Shown here piece after piece: positions 62,429-64,000 of a stretch of 64,000 nucleotides of DNA. The stretch covers positions 611,979 to 675,978 of the forward strand of contig CAVZOJ010000002.1 in the NCBI GenBank assembly GCA_963776845.1, in the 5' to 3' direction. This DNA comes from an uncultured Alphaproteobacteria bacterium (GTDB taxonomy: Bacteria; Pseudomonadota; Alphaproteobacteria; Rhodobacterales; Rhodobacteraceae). The translations under genes were made by a program, and so were the position numbers. Under the pieces are notes generated by a model. It did not search any database. It was given only the letters and a program-made list of their open reading frames with translations, and had not been told where the DNA came from. How positions within the stretch are numbered: the stretch's first letter is position 1; each line of letters begins with the position of its first letter.

Positions 62429-63481
62429 TCATTTCAGCCCCGCGCCGGCGATGCCGGTGGTGATGAAGCGCTGCAGGAACACGAAGACGACGACGACGGG
62501 GATCATGGTGAGAACGGTCATCGCGAGGATGTAGTGCCACTGGACGTTGAGCTGGCCGGCGTAGGAGTTGAGGCCGACCTGCAGGGTGTAGAGGTCGGCG
62601 CGGCTGAGCACGATCAGCGGCCAGAGGAAGTCGTTCCAGCGCCAGACGACGGAGAAGATGGCGAGCACGGCGAGGGCGGGGGCGGTCAGCGGCAGCACGA
62701 TGCGCCAGTAGATCTGCCATTCGGAGGCCTTGTCCATGCGGGCGGCGTCGAGGAGCTCGTCGGGGATCGTCAGCATGTACTGGCGGAGCAGGAAGACGCC
62801 GGTCGGCGTGGCGACGGTGGGCAGGATGACGCCCCAGAGCGAGTTGAAGAGACCCATCGCAGCAACCACCGAGAAGAGCGGGACGAGGATGACAGAGAGC
62901 GGGACCATAAGCGTGGCGATGATCAGCAGCATCACGGCGGAGCGGCCGGTGAACTGGTACTTGGAGAGGGCGAAGGCGGCCATCGAGTTGGTCAGCAGCG
63001 TGATCAGCGTTGCCATGGCGGTCACGAACACCGAGTTCTTGAGGTAGGTGAGGAAGTCGAGCTGCAGGAAGGGCTGGACGTAGTTTTCGGTGGCGAAGCC
63101 GATCTCGCGCACCGGCTCGCGGTCCTGGATGTTGACCTCGTAGACCTCGTCCGGGTCGTCGGGGTCGACCATGCGGGCGACGATGCCGATGCGGCGGAGC
63201 TCGCCCAGCGTGCGGGCGGTGCCATCCTCGAAGGTGACGGTGTAGAGCGGCAGCGGTTCGTCCTCGCCCGGCACCTCCGCCGTCAGCGCCTCGTAGGGCA
63301 GGAGGGTCGGCGGGAACTCGGCGAGCTGCGCCGGGGTCTTGAACGACGACAGCACCAGCCAGAGGGCGGGGCCGAAGATGACGACAAGGCCGCTGGCGAG
63401 CCAGAGGAACGTCACCACGTCGGTCCAGTGCCAGCGGTCGCCGCCGCGGCGCCGGGTGAGGAAGGCCCAGGCGCGGCTCAT
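62429..63481 (-). CDS. sugar ABC transporter permease (MalG/UgpE-like, with a large periplasmic loop)
   Basis: Inner ATG 63481 (MSRAWAFLTRRRGGDRWHW...). EAA loop DAARMDKASEWQIYWRIVLPLTAP. ATGA overlap with the upstream permease. Confidence 0.85.
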   Translation of the reverse strand: MSRAWAFLTRRRGGDRWHWTDVVTFLWLASGLVVIFGPALWLVLSSFKTPAQLAEFPPTLLPYEALTAEVPGEDEPLPLYTVTFEDGTARTLGELRRIGIVARMVDPDDPDEVYEVNIQDREPVREIGFATENYVQPFLQLDFLTYLKNSVFVTAMATLITLLTNSMAAFALSKYQFTGRSAVMLLIIATLMVPLSVILVPLFSVVAAMGLFNSLWGVILPTVATPTGVFLLRQYMLTIPDELLDAARMDKASEWQIYWRIVLPLTAPALAVLAIFSVVWRWNDFLWPLIVLSRADLYTLQVGLNSYAGQLNVQWHYILAMTVLTMIPVVVVFVFLQRFITTGIAGAGLK

Positions 63482-64000
63482 TCCCGCGCCCCCCGCCGCT
63501 CGTTCCGGCGGGCGATGCCGAGCTGGATCAGCGTCAGCACGACCAGCACGGCGCCCATCAGGATCGACGCCGCCGCCGCCAGACCGGGGTTGCGCAGGAG
63601 CGAGGCGAAGCCGACCTCGTAGATGTACTGCGTGATGTAGAGGGTCGCGGTGCCCGGGCCGCCGCCCGTCAGCACGAAGACCTCGTCGAAGATCTGCACC
63701 GCCCGGATCAGTGCCAGCACGACCACGACGAGCAGGTTCGGCGCCAGCAGCGGCAGGGTGATGCGCCAGAACACGCGGCCGGGCTTGGTCCCGTCCATCT
63801 CGGCCGCCTCGTAGAGGTCCTTGGGGATCGCCTGCAGCCCGGCCAGCAGGATCAGCGCGTAGAACCCCATATGCGCCCAGACGGTGACGCCGACCGTGGC
63901 CGAGAACGCCCAGAAGCGGTCGACGAGCCAGTTCACCCGGTCGCCGCCGAACCACGTCACCATAAGGTTCAAGAGCCCCTCGCGCTGCAGTATCCAGCGC
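63478..64000 (-). CDS. sugar ABC transporter permease (MalF/UgpA-like), 5' end outside window
   Basis: EAA loop EAAEMDGTKPGRVFWRITLPLLAP. The frame is open to the window edge. Confidence 0.85.
   Translation of the reverse strand, partial: RWILQREGLLNLMVTWFGGDRVNWLVDRFWAFSATVGVTVWAHMGFYALILLAGLQAIPKDLYEAAEMDGTKPGRVFWRITLPLLAPNLLVVVVLALIRAVQIFDEVFVLTGGGPGTATLYITQYIYEVGFASLLRNPGLAAAASILMGAVLVVLTLIQLGIARRNERRGARE

Overview
High-GC (about 60-70% in hand-counted lines), gene-dense chromosomal segment that looks alphaproteobacterial (Rhodobacterales-like) from its protein families: TctABC, many DppABCDF/UgpC-type ABC systems, and chains of ATGA/GTGA stop/start overlaps. The content is almost entirely transport and catabolism. 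In order: a NitT/TauT-type ABC importer next to a SoxY-SoxZ fusion carrier; a hybrid histidine kinase; an LMW-PTP plus fructosamine-kinase pair; a galactoside locus (IclR, ABC importer, GH36 alpha-galactosidase, dgoK, dgoA, GH42 beta-galactosidase); a GntR/FAH/TctC/TctA/OsmC cluster; a GntR/acyl-CoA ligase/ketopantoate-reductase-like operon; an amidase; two consecutive peptide-type ABC operons (one ending in a cytoplasmic GGT-like hydrolase, one carrying a formamidase); an orphan ParA; two paralogous cold-shock genes; ettA; a GAF-EAL protein; Usp; an AGCS symporter; a bacterial animal-type haem peroxidase; ggt; nadD; dacB; and a second sugar ABC operon that runs off the right edge. I found no rRNA, tRNA, CRISPR array, transposase, integrase or recognisable defence system. 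Four things are not explained by ordinary annotation. (1) Fourteen single-nucleotide insertions, all +1 and never -1, break twelve otherwise intact genes, including ettA twice; this is either an assembly or sequence-quality problem or a real burst of frame disruption. (2) About 1.9 kb downstream of ettA has no credible gene, and its right-hand 1.5 kb is a low-GC, palindrome-rich island. (3) The two csp paralogues share a promoter and a roughly 111-nt leader with an anti-SD element, and a GTAC-core repeat array sits upstream of one of them. (4) A strong G-quadruplex/i-motif tract lies in an intercistronic spacer. I did not find a clear-cut novel multi-gene system. All start codons, family assignments and structures were read by eye and need computational confirmation.
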